This document shows, one piece after another, positions 30,605-47,719 of a stretch of 64,000 nt of DNA (position 1 is the stretch's first letter; every line of letters starts with the position of its first letter). The translations under genes and the position numbers were made by a program. The stretch lies in NCBI RefSeq assembly GCF_009914755.1, contig NC_060926.1. One strand, given 5' to 3'. Source of the DNA: the human T2T-CHM13v2.0 reference genome, Homo sapiens. The notes beneath the pieces were generated by a model that was not told the origin of the DNA, ran no database searches, and was given only the letters and a program-made list of their open reading frames with translations.

Positions 30605-32003
30605 GGGCACAACCTGAGACCTGTCCTCTCGCTTTCCTCCCTGGACAGCATGAGCTTCACCACTTGCTTCACCACCTTCTCCACCAACTACCAGTCCCTG
30701 GGCTCCATCCAATCACCCAGCCACAGCGTCCAGCCTGCCAGCAGTGTGGTTAGCCTCTATGCAGGCGTCAGGGGCTTGGGCTCCTGGATCTTTGTGTCCC
30801 CACCAGCTTCTGGGGACACTGGGGGTCTGGAGGCCTGGTCATAGGGATGGCCAGGGCTCTGGTGGGAATGCGGGGCATCCAGAACAAGGGGACCATTCAA
30901 AGCCTGAACAGCCACCAGGCCTCCTACCTGGACAGAGTGAGGAGCTAGGAGATTGAGAATCAGAGGCTGGAGAACAAAATTTGGGAAAACCTGGAGAAGA
31001 AAGGAACCAAGGTAAGAGACTGGGGGCATTACTTTAAGACTATTGAGGACCTGAAGGCTCAGATCTTTGCAAATTCTATGAACAATGGCCACATCATTCT
31101 GCAGATTGACAAAGCCCATCTTTCTGCTAATGACTTTAGAGTCAAATATGAGACAGAACTGGCCTTTCATCAGTCTGTGAATAGCAACATTCATGGGCTT
31201 CACAAAGTCGTCGATGACGCCAATGTCACTCAGCTGCAGCTGGAGGCAGAGATCAAGGCTCTCAAGGAGGAATTGCTCTTCATGAAGAACCATGAAGAGG
31301 AAGTAAAAGGCCTACAAGCCCAGATTGCCAGCTTTGGGTTGACTGTGAAGGTAGATGCCCCCAAATCTCAGGACCTTAGCAAGATCATGGCAGACATCTG
31401 GGCCTAGTACAACAAGCAGGATCTGAAGAACCTAGAGGAGCTGGACAAGTACTGGTCCCAGGAGATTGAGGAGAGCACCACAGTGGTCACCACACAGTCC
31501 ACCAAGATCAGAGCTGCTGAGATGACCGTCATGGAGCTAAGATGTACAGTTCAGTCCTTGGAGATTGACTTGTACTTGATAAGAAATCTGAAGGCTTGCT
31601 TGGAGAACAGCCTGAGAGAAGTGGAGGCCTGCCACTCCATGCAGATGGAGCAGCTAAACTGGGTCCTGAGGCACTTGGAGTCAGAGCTGGCACAGACCTG
31701 GGCAGAAGGGCAGCCCCAGGCCCACAAGTACAGGCCCTGCCAAATATCAAGGTCAAGCTGGAGGCTGAGATTGCCAGCTGCCTGCTGGAATATGGGGAGG
31801 ACTTCAATCTTGGTGATGCCCTGGACAGGAGCAATTCCATGCAAACCATCCAACAGACCACTGCCTGCAGGACAGTGGATGGCAAAGTGGTGTCTGAGAC
31901 CAACAACACCAAAGTTCTGAGGCATTAAGCCAGCAGAAACAGGGTACTCTTTGGGGAGCAGTAGTCCATTAAAAAGTTTAGAGGTCCAAAAATAAAATTA
32001 AAT
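30605..32003 (+). pseudogene. KRT18: Processed keratin 18 pseudogene (former CDS 30650..31928)
   Basis: Fragments MSFTTCFTTFSTNYQSLGS, DFRVKYETEL, LKEELLFMKNHEEEVKGLQAQIAS, VDAPKSQDL and DGKVVSETNNTKVLRH* match KRT18. Intronless, with stops and frameshifts, ATTAAA at 31968, A-tail and 15-bp TSD aaaataacgactttt (30590-30604) / aaaataatgactttt (32004-32018). Symbol is the parent gene; the KRT18P number is unknown. Confidence 0.97.
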
Positions 32004-32477
32004 AAAATAATGACTTTTTAATGTTTGTATTTATGTCTATGCATATCTTTTAATATCCTTTTACATGTGTTGGATGTAAGACTTGCCACTCTGCCTTCAT
32101 CTATCTTTTCCTTTCTACCTAGTCCTGTATGACATCTGTGGCTAGAAATAGGGGAGAGAGATGTTTGGCTAAACATCTAGAGTTACTAGATAGAAATGTG
32201 TAAATCTACCAGATGCACAAGTGGAGCTCAGGATGAAGCTACTGTTTCAAATCTGCTCTCACAGACAGTTCTGTTGTCACTAGTTGTGAGTGCATGTCTT
32301 TAAACGTAGTAGCATCTAGTTAATCCTAATAGTCACCTCACAGTTCCTTCATCCCCTTACAGTCATTTCAGCCTACTTATCAACAATAGCTTTTCATAGA
32401 ATCTACTAGAATTATACACTGATGGGACTATATTAATCTCAGGAAATGAAATACTCATATTTTATCCAGGAAACTGG

Positions 32478-32869
32478 TGTATTAGGCCACTCTTACATTG
32501 CTATAAATAAATACCTGAGATTGGGTAATTTATAAAGAAAAGAGATTTAATTGGCTTCTGGTTCTGCAGGCCGTACAAGAATGGCATCCGTATCTGCTTG
32601 GCTTCTAGGGGGGCCTCAGGGAGCTTTTACTCATGGCAGAAGGTGAAGTGGGAGCAGGTATGTCACATGACCAGAGCAGGACAAGAGAGAGAAAGAGTGG
32701 GAGGTGCCATACGCTTTTCAACAAACAGATCTCATGTGGACTCTCTCAGTGCCAAGGTGATGGCACCAAACAATTCATGAGGGATACGCCCCCACGATCC
32801 AAACATCTCCCACTAGGCCCCATTCCAACACTGGAGATTACATTTCAACATGAGATCCAAACCATGTCA
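32478..32869 (-). mobile_element. MST (MSTA/MSTB-like MaLR) solo LTR
   Basis: TGTATTAGGCC...CATTGCTATAAATAAATACCTGAGATTGGGTAATTTATAAAGAAAAGAG...CCAAACCATGTCA. Confidence 0.9.
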
Positions 32870-34389
32870 ATGGGAATATATGGTTCTGGCTCATTATGTT
32901 AAAATAAATAAAATAATTTTTATCATGCAGAGTGTTATGTTAATTTTCACTGTTTTCTTCTTCTCATTTGCATCTATGGTCATCATCTTTCCTTGCCTTC
33001 AGTATTAGTATCTGTAAACTTTCTCTCTTCTGGAATAGCATTTATTCAAACCTTACGATATCCCTAATGTATTGGTGTATTTTTAAAAAGCCCATATACA
33101 ATAACGCTTTATTTTTATGCTGTCTAAATCTTTTATTTAAAGACATCTGGTATGTTTGGCTCAGCGGACAAAATATGACAGTGCTGAAAAGTAGTATTAG
33201 CAATTCTTATGACTTTCTACATATTTTAAGTTGTTTAAGGCAGAAATTACATACTGTGGTGGATAGAGTAGCAGACTAAGAAAAATTTATCACTGACATG
33301 CTATTACTTACTTTTTTGTGACCCTGAGAAAACCAGTAGCCTTTTCTATGATTCTGATTTTTAACCACAATTTTATAGCTATGAAAGAAGAAAACAATTG
33401 TTCCAAATATCTGCACAATAGGAATACCGAGATTTCAAGAATAATTCTTTGTGTGTTTTCTTAAAATGTAGCATAATCTATTGCTACTGTTAGTGTTTCC
33501 AAAGTGGCAAGCTTGAATTCAATTTCTTGTAATAAGTAAAAACATGTCCTTTATATGGCCAGCGGTAACTTTTTGGTTTGAACTGCTATATGAATTAGGA
33601 ATAAAAATATAATATTGGATTGAACTTCAACTTATCAGAAAAATTCTTTAACTATTAAGATATTTTAGGTATTAAAATTCAATTAGTATTAATATAAATT
33701 TGAAAAATTATTATATTTCAATTATGTTTAGCTGCTTATAGTTTTAATTCAGAGACATTAGTTGATTAAATACTGTCTCTGTAACTAGGCCTTGATAAAT
33801 AATGCTATTGTGTGTGACATGGATAAGAATCAGGTCATAGTTTGGTATTTCAGCTTGTGTGCACTGTCCTTTGCTGAAGAGAAAACATCATCTTGGTTCA
33901 AATGATCAGTACTTGCTAATTTATTAGTGATTTATTTTCCTTAAACCTTGAAAGTCTTTTTGTTATATTTGCTGAGGGTAGGGTAAATAAATTTGTACTC
34001 ACAAACCAGATGATCTCAGATGTGACTGATTCTGGCTACTTCTTTGATTTATGGAATGATTAATTTCATTATGAATATTTCACAATCATCTGGGAAATTG
34101 GTTAAAAAAAGAGGAACTTAATTTAATTTGCTATGGTATGTCTATAGGTATATTTATATCCCTCTTATTTAAGGCAAAGATGAAGATCTAGGCCAACTAG
34201 GGAACTCAATAGGCCATGATCGTTGGAAGTTGTGGGTATAGTTACTTGACATTGTGATTTCTGTGTATTTCTTTTTCAGACTGATGTTATTTAAAAATGG
34301 TGCCTGCTTAGTAGAGGTGCATAGGGAGAGGAATGTTGGATTTTTATGTTATTCACAATACACATGCCAGATATATTTTGCTTTCCTGA

Positions 34390-35270
34390 AAAAGTTGTAC
34401 TATCTTTACTCCTCTAAATCTGTTGCCTTTCTAAGCATGATACCAAAGGCAAATATCCTGAAGAAAAGAGTGATAGATTTTACTACAAAAAATTTAAAAC
34501 TGTCTGCCAAAATCCACTATAAACAAGATTGAAAGGCAACTGACAACTCGGAACAATGGGAGCAACACATATGGTGAACAAAGGGTGAAAATCCTTATAA
34601 AGAGCTCTTAAAATATAAGAGCATATTGCACATACCAGATCATCTTTTCATCTGGAGAGCTAGGTACTCTTATTATCTTTATTTTATAGATAGATAAAGA
34701 AGTTAAGGCTTAAAGGGGTCTTACAGTTAGTCATGAGTGAAAGATTCAAACCTGGGTTGTCTGACCCCAGAGTCTGTACTCTTAACCACTAAGCTACACT
34801 TCCCTCCATTTTTACAGGTGGCCAGAGACATCAACAGGCAATTTGCAAAGACACCCAATGGCTAGTAAACATATAATATTTATTTTCTCTCTGGAAAACA
34901 AATAATGGAAATGAAAATAACTAGAGAACATTTTGTCTATCAAACTGACAAAAGTTTTAAACAATGGTTATGTTCATTTTTGGCAAGATATGGAAAAACC
35001 AGACAATTGGTAAATCCTTTCATTGGGAAAATTACCCACAAAATCCCTTAAAACTCAGTTATAGTTTTTAACATTGTAATTTAATTTTTAGTTATGAATC
35101 CTGAGAAAATAGTTGTGTATATGTGAGATTTAGTTATGATGATGTTAACTCAATATTTGTTTATAATGCTAGAAACTGTAGACAACCAAAATGTTCAACA
35201 ATAGAAGACTGATTAATTAGCATACATCTATAAAATGGAATGCCAGTAGTTGTTTAAAGTGATATTTTAG
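34390..35270 (+). mobile_element. Highly diverged L1ME-type ORF2/3' fragment with nested MIR (~34660-34805, -)
   Basis: ATGATACCAAAGGCA...AAAATTTAAAAC...GACAACCAAAATGTTCAACAATAGAAGACTG resemble L1 ORF2 3' part; GATTCAAACCTGGGTTGTCTGACCCCAGAGTCTGTACTCTTAACCACT is MIR-like. Confidence 0.6.
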
Positions 35271-35279
35271 AGTTGTTTG

Positions 35280-35596
35280 GGCCGGGTGCGGTGGCTCATG
35301 CCTGTAATCCCAGCACTTTGGGAGGCCGAGGCGGGTGGATCACCGGCGGTCAGGAGTTCAACACCAGCCTGGCCTGGTGAAACCCCGTCTCTACTAAAAA
35401 TACAAAAATTAGCCAGGCGTGGTGGTGCGTCCCTGTAGTCCCAGCTACTCAGGAGGCTGAGGTAGGAGAATCACTTGAACCTGGAGGAGGAGGTTGCAGT
35501 GAACCGAGATCGTGCCACTGCACTCCAGCCTGGGAGACAGAGTGAGACTCTGTTTCAAAATAAATAAATAAATAAAAATAAAAATAAATAAATAAA
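35280..35596 (+). mobile_element. AluS
   Basis: GGCCGGGTGCGGTGGCTCATGCC dimer with (TAAA)n tail and many CpGs retained. Confidence 0.97.
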
Positions 35597-35709
35597 GAGT
35601 TTTTGATGGCATTTTATGTGTTAAGGGAATAAATCAGATCATTAACTCATTAAGATTCCATTTAAAAATTGCACGTTATTGTATTGATAAAACACTGAAA
35701 ATGTTTTTA

Positions 35710-36130
<421 letters not shown>

Positions 36131-36484
36131 AAAAGGTTACCAGAAAGTTTCTTTAATTTACTTCTTTTTGCATGTAAGATTTTAAAAAAGTATAATCACA
36201 GATTTACAAGAGAAAAAATTTTGATCTTTCCATCCTTTTCCACATGGTGGATCTTTATTTTAGTCTTCTAATGGATAGTTGTCATAATGTTATTCCTGGG
36301 TAAACTTGAATGATGTTTTATTTATTATTTCCATGTGAATTTTTTTTGACTCTTTTTTTGGCCATAGTTTTATCATTATTTCTTTTCTTTAACTTCTTCC
36401 CATTTATATTTGCCGATTTCTACTCTTTCTAATATATTTCCTATATTCTGTTTTTTATTAGAAAAACTCCAATTTTTTAAAATT

Positions 36485-36715
36485 TTTAAACAATAATTTT
36501 AATTTATTTTAGAGTCAGGGGTTACATGTGCCTGTTTGTTACATAAGTATATTGTATTATGCTAAGGTTGGGGTACAAATCATCTCATCCCTTGGGTAGT
36601 GAGCATAGTACCCAATAGTTTTTTGGCTGTCTCCCTCCCCCGCTCCCTACTCTAGTAGTCCCCAGTATCTATCGTTGCCATCTTTATGCCTATGAGTATC
36701 CAGTGTTTAGCTTTT
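36485..36715 (-). mobile_element. Short L1PA/PB 3'UTR fragment
   Basis: GGGGTTACATGTGCCTGTTTGTTACATAAGTATATTG...GTAGTGAGCATAGTACCCAATAG. Confidence 0.8.
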
Positions 36716-39700
36716 AAATTCATTGCTTGTTAATAAAATATACCAGTGTTCAAAATTTTCTTCTTTTCTACGGAATAAAAATTTTGCAAAATTGGCATGA
36801 AATTTGTTGTGCAAAATGGAAGATGCCAGCTTGCTTATTTTACTTTATATTATTTAACAGAATTAAGATTACATAACCTAGTTCTCAATAACTGGTGGTA
36901 TTTGTTGATAAACTTCTATTGATATGTTAATTTTCTGTTAACGTGGGACTTATTAGTTACGTCTCGTTCCTGAATTCGTGAAACCTCCCCTCCCCCAAAC
37001 AAATGCTCTCTCTCTCTCTCCTCTTCTTTCAGTAAGTCAATTTATATTTGGAGACATGGCACAGTAGTAGATGATTCAAGCTGAGAAAGAACGAAAAAAA
37101 GATCTCTGGCACTCATTCCTTGCTTTCGTATGAGCTAGCTCCCGACAGGTATCTAGTATATGCTGAGTTTCCTGTCTTTCTCATATATATCAGGCAGAGT
37201 AAAGCAGGTAGGAATCAGAGGCCTCAAATTAATGTCTGTAAATCCTGAGGAAATATTTTGAGGCTGCAGTAGACTAAACGATGCTAGATTTGGTTTGATT
37301 TGCTGTAATTCTATCATTTGAACACTAAGTGGCACTAAAGCCTAGGTCACAGATAACATATTGTCAATTTAAATTCTAAGATTTGGGGTCTATTGGTGGG
37401 TAAATGGCTTTGGAAAAGTGAAAAAAGGATTAGTAAGAAAGTATTCTGAGCTTAAAGAAAGACAGAAAAAATAGTTTTACAATCAGTTATTTTTGGGAAC
37501 TGGAAGTTTAACCAAACTCTCTTGCTTTTATTTGCAAGTTATTTAAAAGCAAGGAGTAAACCGCTCTTAAAATGACCAAAGATGATTAACCTCACTGGCA
37601 CCTATCCTTGAATATTTTCCCTTTTTCTTTGAAGGGAAGGAAAATCTATACTTAGAAGAAGGTTTTCAGATGGAAAGCACCCATATGCACGTTGAACCTT
37701 AAGCTCTTGCGTACCCATAGATGACAATACCCATAATAAACATTTTTTTCAACGCTTTTGAGACTATTTACTTATACCTATAATATGTATTTTTACATTT
37801 GACCTAATTTGGGAAATGTCAGTATAATTTGAGTTAGAAAAAAAGATCAGAATTTGGTTATTTTGGAGAGGAAAGAAAATCATATGTTTTATTGCTTATC
37901 TGAACTTTAAAAAATTAAAATAATCTTTCCCAAGATTTATTGAGATATATAATTGATAAATAAAAATATATATGTTTAAGGTATAAAATGTAATGATTTG
38001 ATATACATATACATTGTGAAATGATTAGTACAATCAAGCTAATTAACACATTCATAACCTCGAAGCTACCATTATTTATTTCCAGCTTTATTGAGGTACA
38101 ATTGACAAAAATGTATATACGTATGGTGTATGACGTGATATTTTGATGTATGTATACATTGTGAAATGATGACTACAATGAAGCTTAACATATCCATCAC
38201 CCCACATAGTTATCTTTTTGTGGGGAGAAACATTTAAGATCTCTCATAGCAAATTCCAAGTACGCAATACATTATTATTTATACTCACCATGTTGGACAT
38301 TAGATCTCCAGAACTTGTTCATCTTGCGTAACTGAAGCTTTGTGTTGTTTGACCACCATCTCCCCATTTCCCCAGCTTCCTAGCCCTGGGGCAACCACCA
38401 TTCTACTCTCTGCCTCTATGAATCTGACTCTTTTAGCTACCTCAGATAATTGGAATCACGTAGAATTTAACTTCTGTGACTGGCTTATTTCTCTTAGCAT
38501 GGTGTCCTCCAGGTTCATCCATGTTGTTGCAAATGACAGAATTTCCTTCTTTTTCTAAGGCTAAATGGTATTCCATAGTACGTGTGATATATGGAAAAGG
38601 AAGTATATACATACATACACACACATACACACAAACCCCACATTTGCTTTATCCATGCATCTGCTGTTGGACACTTAGACAGATTCCATGTCATGCCTAT
38701 TGTGAATAATGCTGCAATGAACATTGGAATATAGAAATCTCTTCAAGATACTGATTTTATTATCTTTGACTATATACCTAGAAGTGGGATTGCTGGAACA
38801 TATTATAGTCCTATTTTTAATTTTTTTGAGGAGCTTCCATACTGTTTTTTCATAATGGCTGTATCATTTTACCGTCCCACCAACAGTGTACAAGGGATCC
38901 TTTTCACATTCTGGCCAACATGTTATCTTTTGCCATTTTGATGACAGCCATTCCAACAGAGGGGGCATCCTTATTTTGTTCCTGATCTTAGAGCTTTCAA
39001 CTTTTCATCACTGAGTAGAATGTTAGCTGTGGGACTGTAATATGTAGCTTGTATTATGTTGAGGTATATTCCTTCTATACATAATTTGTTGAGAAGTTTT
39101 TTATCATAAAGGGTACAGAGTTTTGTCAAATGCTTTTTCTGCATCTATTGTGATTACCATGTGATTTTTATACTTTTCTGTTAATGTGGTATATCATATT
39201 TATTGATTTGTGTATGTTGAATCATCCTTGCATCCCAGGGATAAATTCTAATGGTGTATGAGCCTTTTAATATGCTGTTAAGTTCTGTTTTCCAGTAACT
39301 CAAGATGTTTGCATCTGTGTTCATCAGGGATATTGGTATGTAATTTTCTCTTCTTACAGTGTCCTTGTCTGGTTTGGTATCAAGGTAATTCTTGCTTTGT
39401 AAAATGAGTTTGGATTTGTTCCCTTCGCTTCAGTTTTTTGAAAGAGTTTGAGCTAGGGATTGGCACTAATTCTTTATTAAATGTTTGATAAAATTAACCA
39501 GTGAAGCCATCGGGTCCTGAGATTTTCTTTGTTGGGAGATTTTTGTAAAATTACTGACTCAATCTCTGTATCTGTTATTGGTCTGTTCAAATTTTCTGTT
39601 TCTACAGGATTCTATCTTGGTAGGTTGTATGTGACTAGGAATCCATCAATTTCTTCTGGATTATCCAAATTGCTGGCATATAATTGTTGAAGTAGTTTCT

Positions 39701-40590
39701 TATTATTCTTTGTATTTCTGTGGTATCAATTGTAATGTCCCCCCTTCATTTCTGATCTTACCTATTTATTTGAGTTATCCCTCTTTCTTTCTTAGTCTAC
39801 CTAAATGTTTGTCAATTTGGGTTATGCTTTCAAAAAACAGATTTTCAGTTTCTTCAGTCTTTTATGTTGTTTCTCGAATCCCTATTTCATTTATTCCTGA
39901 CCTTTTTTATTCGTTTCCTTCTTCTAACTTTGGATTTAGTTTTTTTTTCTAGTTCCTTGAGGCATAACATTAGATTGTTTATTTAAAATTGTTCCTCTTT
40001 TTTGATATAGGCATTTGTTCTTATAAATATCCCTCTTAGGATTGCTTTTTGCTGCATCCCGTAATTTCTGGTATGCTATGTTTCCATTATCATTTGTCTC
40101 AAGGTAGTTTTTGATTTCCTTTTTGATTTCTTCTATGGCCCATTGGTTGTTTAGGAACATGTTTAATTTTCACATATTTGTGTAATTCTAACATTTTTTC
40201 TATTGTTGATTTCTAGTTTCATGCCATTGTCATCCAGAGAGGTACTTGACATGATTTCAGTCCTCTTGAATTTGTTAAGATTTGTTTTGTGGCTTAACAT
40301 GTGGATTTGTTTTGGAGAATGTTCTGTGTGTACTTGAGAAGGATATGTATTTAGCTGCTGTTAAATGAAATGTTCCATATATGTCTGTTAGCTTCATTTG
40401 GTCTGAAATGTAATTCAAGTCCAATGTTTCCTTATTGACTTTCCATCTAGATGATCTGACCATTGTTGAAAGTCAAGTAGTGAGGTGCTACCATTACAGT
40501 TTTGCATCCTATTTCTCCCTTCAGATCATTTAATTGTTGCTTTATGAATTTAGGGACTCTGATGTCAGTTACATATATATTTACAACTTT

Positions 40591-42723
<2,133 letters not shown>

Positions 42724-42950
42724 TTACAACTTTTACATCCTCTTGGTGAATTAACCAATTACATAATGGCTCTCTTTGTCTCTTTTTACAGTTTTTACTT
42801 AAAGTCTATTTTATCTGATATAAGTTTAGCTATCTCTGATCTTTTTTGGATTCCATTTGCATGGAATATTTTTTCCATCCCTTTACTTTTACTTACTGTG
42901 TGTCCTTACAAGCAAAGTCAGCCTCTTGTAGTCAGTACATGGTTGGATCG

Positions 42951-42956
42951 TGTGTG

Positions 42957-43001
<45 letters not shown>

Positions 43002-43283
43002 AGAGACAGGGTCTTGCTCTGTTGCCCAGGCTGGAGTGCCGTGGTGTGATCATAGCTCACTGTAACCTCAAACTCCTAGACTCAAGCCATCCTCCTGAAT
43101 TAGCCTCCCAAGTAGCTAGGAATACAGTAACTACAGCCATGTACCACCATGCCCAGCTATTTTTTTTTTAACTTTTTTGTAGAGGCAGAATTTCACTATG
43201 TTGCCCAGGCTGAGCCTGAACTTCTGATCTTAAGTGATCCTCTCTTGCACTGGGATTATAGGCATGAGCCACCAGAGCTGGCC
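42951..43283 (-). mobile_element. AluJ with (TG)n microsatellite tail
   Basis: (TG)n at 42951-42998 followed by AGAGACAGGGTCTTGCTCTGTTGCCCAGGCTGG. Confidence 0.9.
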
Positions 43284-46225
43284 TGGGTCTTGTTTTTTTA
43301 AAAAATCTATTCAGCCACTCTTTTTTTTAAATTAAAGAATTTTATACATTTAAGGTAATTATTGATGGGTAAGGACTTGCTATTGCCATTTTGTAATTTA
43401 TTTTCTGATTGTTTTGCAGGTCCTTTGTGTCTTTCTTCCTCTCTCACTGTCTTCTTTTGTGGTTTCATGGTTTTCTGTGGTGTTTGATGGTTTTCTGTGG
43501 TGGCATGCTTTGAATCCTTTCTTTTTATCTTTTGTGCAACTACTATAGATTTTTGCTTGTAGTAACCACCACAAGGCTTGCATAAAATATTTTATCCTTA
43601 TAACAAGCTACTTTAAGCTGATAATAACTTGACTTTAATTGCATGCAATAACTCTATGCATTCACTCCCCTCCATGTATTATAATTTTGATGTCAATATT
43701 TACTTTTTTTTGTAATTTGTATTCCTTAACCATTTATTATAGCTGTAATTTATTTTTTAAAAGTTTGACTTTTAACCTTTGTAATGGTGATAAAATTGCT
43801 TTACATACCACTCTTACAAAATTAGAGAATTCTGAGTATGACTATGTATTTCTTATAATTGAGTTTTTACTTTCATCTGTTTTTTTAAAAAACAAATTGC
43901 AGCCTTTATCCTTATTTTAGCTTAAATGATACTCTTTAACAATTTCTATGAAGCAAGACTGCTGGTGATGTACTCCTTTAGGTTTCGTTTGTCTGAGAAA
44001 GTTTTATTTCTCCCTCATTTCTGAGGCACATCTTTGCCAGATAATGTATTCTTGTTTGGCAGTTTTTTTCCTTCAGCACTTTGAATACATCATTTCACTC
44101 TCTTTTGGCCTGAGATACACAGACACACACACACTCACACACACACATATGTACATGTACATCTTGCTTTCAGTATTCTCTTTTTTTGTCTTTGATTTTT
44201 AATAACTTGATTATGAGGTATCTTGGTGAACTCCTCTTTGGGTTGAAGTTCACTGGCAATCTCTGAGCTTCCTGTACCTAGATATTGTCATCTTTCCCCA
44301 GATTTGACCATTTTTCAGCCATTAATTTCTTATATATGCTTTCTAGGACTTTTCCCCTCTTCTTGTTCTGTAACTTCTATTATGCAAAAGTTAGTTTGTT
44401 TGATAGTGTCCCATAATTCCCATAGGCCTTGTTCATTCTTTTTTTATTCCTTTTTCTTTTTGTTCCTCTGATCGGAGAATTTCAAATGTCTTACATTTGA
44501 GCTCACAGATTTTGTCTTCTGCTTGACCAAATCTGCTGTTGAAGTGTTCTATTGAATTTTTCAGTTATATATTCTTTCTCTCTAGAATTTCTATTTTGTA
44601 TTGTTTCTATTTCTTTGTCAAACTTCTCATTTTGTTCATGAATTGTTTCCCAAATTTTAATTTTCTGTCTGTATTTTCTTGGAGTTTTCTGAACTTCTTT
44701 AAAAGGATTATTCTGAACTTTTTGTGAGTCATTTCATAGATCTCCATTTCTTTTGGCCCAATTATGGAGCTTTATTAGTTTCTGTTGGTGGAGTCAAATT
44801 TCCCTGATTTTTCATAATTTTTCTATTCTAATATAATATATATTATATTATATATATTACAAACAATATACTATTGTTTATAATCTGCAGTTACAAGACA
44901 GGGCTGTGTGTTATGCTCTAAGGCTAAGTGAAGTGTCTGGAATTGCTGTTTGGCCATATAGAGTGGGCAGGGCGAGAAGCTATACTCCACAGATATGCAT
45001 GGATTTGGGCTTGGTTCCTTGCCTATGGCAGGTTTAAGTAGAGCACTGAGGCTTGGTAGAGTTGCTGCTCAGCAGGCAGGGTTGGATGGGGCCAGATGCT
45101 CCCTCCTTGAGGGATCACTGACCTGTCGTTGCCTCCCAGCTTTGGAAAGACTTAATGTGTGTTCCAGAGTTGTGTGGGGAAATTGGCTACAGACCCAAGC
45201 CTGGTTGACCTATGGACTACCGTTTATGCAGCACAGTGCTATTCGCTAGTCTCTCCGGTGTGGTGTCTCTCTTGGCTGAAGTGCAGAGCAATGACCAAGA
45301 TTTGTGTGCTGGCAGCTGTGAATCCTACCCTTGTGTTTCTAACTCTCCACTGGTGGTCTAGGTTCTGCTGGCACTCCCAATATTTCCATGGGACAGCACA
45401 GGAATGAGCCTGCTGTAAAGGGTTCCACAATGGTGGGGTAGCTGAATGTTTGCCTCCAACTTATTTTTCCCACTGTAGAAACTGTAGGTCCAGGGGAATC
45501 TTCTGTGTGTGGCACTGTACCACTTGAGGTATGGGTGGCCTGGTCAATGAGAATTGTTCCTCTTACTCTTCAAACTAGGCTTTTCTCAGTTCTGTACTAA
45601 AGAGGTGTCTCAGCCTCACTTTCAAGTTCTACGATATTCATGAAGGTATTCTTGCCTGTGGGTAGTTGCTAACTGGATTTCTCTGGGTTGGGGGAGTAGA
45701 GCCAGAAAATTCCTATTTTGCCATCTTGCTCCATACCACAAATTTTTAAAAATACTAAAACTATTAAGAAACAGGGGTTGGAGTCATCTTTTACAGTTGA
45801 TAAAGTTTCATGCTTATTTAAAATATTAGGACTTTTTCTTATCTCCCATACTTAAAGGACATAAAAGTCATTGGCTACATCAGTTTTCATGGTTTCTGAA
45901 GAATAAAGTAAGAGTGAAGACAAAAGTTAATTTTTCAACCTGAATGTAAAAATAGGAATTTAGAAATTTATTCTGAGCAGCCAGGTAGACAGTGGATGAA
46001 CTCATTTTGGGCTTGGATAATGGAGGAAATGAGAGAAGGACCTTGAGCAGGAAAATGTATCCTGTAAAAATGGTAGGCAAGTATCCAAGGAAGAGGCAGA
46101 GTGTAATAAATTCCCTGTGGTTGGAATGGATAAGGTATTATAAGAATAATACTAGTATTCAAGTTCAAATTGTCTCTTAAACAAATATGTTGTGTTATAC
46201 TCAAAACATCAATATAAGCCTTTAT

Positions 46226-46573
<348 letters not shown>

Positions 46574-47547
46574 TTACAATGCTGGGTAACGCTTTTGGGA
46601 ACAAAGGAATTGTGGTTATAAGTTATATCCTTTCTGAGGGAAGATCAGGAAGAAAATGAAATTGCAGTTGTAGGAGGTAAGATGATGAGAGATAATTAAG
46701 AATGCAGGAGAAGTGGGAGTTCAGAGTAAAATGTGATTAAAGGTGAAAGTTAGGCTTTCTTAGTTCCCACTGGAAATATTTAAAAATATTCAGGGAAGGG
46801 TTGGGTACTAGAATTCCCACAGTTATATAGAATGGGAACTTAAGTCATTTTATTTGGCTATTAAGGGAAAGGCCACAGAAAGTAAAAGAATTTAGGGACA
46901 TTCAAGTTCTAATAAATGAATGAGTCACCTACTGTGTAAGTCCATGAAAACTTCTAGAATGGTTGCATGTCTATAGAGTGCTGTGGAGAAAGCACCTTGA
47001 ACAACTCAAAGCAATGGTGAATTCTAGCTGATTATGGGTATTATATCTATAGGTTTAACCTGGAACCTAGAAATAAAGGGGAAGGGTTCTCTGCCTTTGG
47101 AAATATTTTTAGATATCTGCTTAGGAAATTCTTTTGGTGAAGTCAGAGTATAATCTGCTGGAAATTAATGGTTTCCTTACCTTGATTATGACTGAGTTTT
47201 TTTTTTTTTTCAGGCAAGTGTTAAATTTTTAAGCTTTTTTCCCCCATATAAATGTTTTATACATATTTGTATATTCAAATATATCAGTCATTTCCTTTAT
47301 GGTTTTTCTGGTTTCTGTTTTACCGAGAAATTATAAGGAAATGTATTCCTCATGTTTTTGTCTCCCACATACACATATGTATTTCATCTAGAACATGTAT
47401 TGATGTAAGAAATGAAATAATAATTTAGCTTTATTTTATTTTTAATGATAAAAATGGCTAGCCAGTTAACTCTCTATTATTTAATGAATATACCTCTCTC
47501 ATTTGAAATGACTACCTCTTTTTCATGTAGTAAATCCTTGCATGTTC

Positions 47548-47690
47548 CAGTGCTTCTCAAATTTTAGTGTGCATCAGAATCACCTGGAGGGCTTTTAAAA
47601 ATAGAAATTGCTGAACATCACCTTTCTCTAACAAGTTCCCAGATGATGCTAATGATGTTGGTTTAGGGAGTCACACCTTGAGAATAGCTG
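47548..47690. mobile_element. MER5A (hAT-Charlie) DNA transposon remnant
   Basis: CAGTGCTTCTCAAA...GCATCAGAATCACCTGGAGGGC...CTTGAGAATAGCTG with terminal inverted repeats. Confidence 0.85.
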
Positions 47691-47719
47691 CCAATTCTAA
47701 TTTCATTACCATGGCTATT

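Noticed and set aside
30757-31293. 178-aa minus-strand ORF
   Set aside because: Antisense shadow of the KRT18 coiled-coil coding sequence.
47190-47220. Long poly-T followed by CAG/GCAAGT as a possible recursive splice site (similar CAGTAAGT at ~37030 and ~54838)
   Set aside because: None has the canonical AG/GT ratchet motif; unsupported without saw-tooth RNA-seq or junction reads.
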